From Dehalococcoidia bacterium (GTDB lineage Bacteria > Chloroflexota > Dehalococcoidia > GIF9 > AB-539-J10), in contig SOJB01000017.1 of NCBI GenBank assembly GCA_004376695.1, forward strand, positions 1 to 34,140: a stretch of DNA of 34,140 nt, read 5' to 3'. The notes beneath the pieces are model-generated. The model was given only the letters and a program-made list of their open reading frames with translations. It searched no databases and was not told where the DNA came from. Numbering within the stretch: the stretch's first letter is position 1; each line of letters begins with the position of its first letter. Below are positions 33,866 through 34,140 of this stretch, one piece after another. The translations under genes and the position numbers were made by a program.

Positions 33866-34140
33866 ATGCATTATGATGTTCTGATTATCGGCGCCGGAAT
33901 GTCTGGTCTTGCCGCCGGCATCAGATTAGCCTACTACGACAAAGCGGTCTGCATCGTCGAAAAGCATTATCGTGTCGGAGGACTCAACTCTTTCTACAGC
34001 TTGCGAGGACATAAACTCGACGTCGGCCTCCATGCCATGACCAATTATGTACCCAGGGATGCTAAATCAAGGCCGTTGCCCAGGTTGTTGCGACAGCTCA
34101 AGCTAAAAGCTGAAGATTTCGCCCTCTGCCCGCAACGGAT
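33866..34140 (+). CDS. NAD(P)/FAD-dependent oxidoreductase, phytoene-desaturase/amine-oxidase (CrtI-like) family; N-terminal 91 codons only
   Basis: My translation: MHYDVLIIGAGMSGLAAGIRLAYYDKAVCIVEKHYRVGGLNSFYSLRGHKLDVGLHAMTNYVP... It has the GxGxxG dinucleotide fold plus the (V/L)GG motif. An in-frame stop lies 15 nt upstream of the ATG. The ORF runs off the window. Confidence 0.7.
   Translation, partial: MHYDVLIIGAGMSGLAAGIRLAYYDKAVCIVEKHYRVGGLNSFYSLRGHKLDVGLHAMTNYVPRDAKSRPLPRLLRQLKLKAEDFALCPQR

Noticed and set aside
1-34140. Search for CRISPR arrays, tRNA/rRNA/tmRNA/SRP RNA, IS elements, integrases, toxin-antitoxin pairs or known defence-system genes
   Set aside because: No periodic repeat-spacer structure, no cloverleaf or T-loop consensus in any spacer, no transposase- or integrase-like ORF, and no defence-type domains apart from a classical, decayed housekeeping-type sirtuin were recognisable by eye.

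Overview
Dense bacterial chromosomal segment with about 37 protein genes. I recognised no rRNA, tRNA, CRISPR array or IS element by eye. Most of it is core metabolism and translation. Left to right: a partial acyl-CoA carboxyltransferase; cmk-plsC-ispH; a HIT protein; nusA-ylxR-infB-rbfA; ino1 + TIM-barrel enzyme + CDP-alcohol phosphatidyltransferase (an inositol-lipid cassette) abutting purA; reverse-strand rpsO-pnp-dapB-asd; purF-purM-purH; an orphan 105-aa gene coupled to a nicotinamidase::nicotinate-phosphoribosyltransferase fusion; a twice-frameshifted sirtuin (pseudogene); a membrane transglutaminase-like protein and a zincin (DUF1025-like) peptidase; aroH-DAHP synthase-ribF-tyrS; a class-V aminotransferase; and rpsU-yqeY. 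At the right edge, a small tandem-repeat protein is followed by KASIII-like + KAS I/II-like + ACP + CrtI-like flavoprotein genes, a type-II FAS/PKS-like lipid cassette cut by the window end. Three parts seem worth follow-up: (i) the ino1 / TIM-barrel / PIP-synthase-like trio, (ii) the NAD-salvage fusion with its orphan partner and the decaying sirtuin next door, and (iii) the repeat protein plus the dedicated ACP/KAS/flavoprotein cassette. All functional calls rest on motif recognition in the supplied translations and my own translation of untracked regions. No database search was possible. Start codons were refined by eye from SD spacing and N-terminal conservation. The taxon cannot be determined from this alone.
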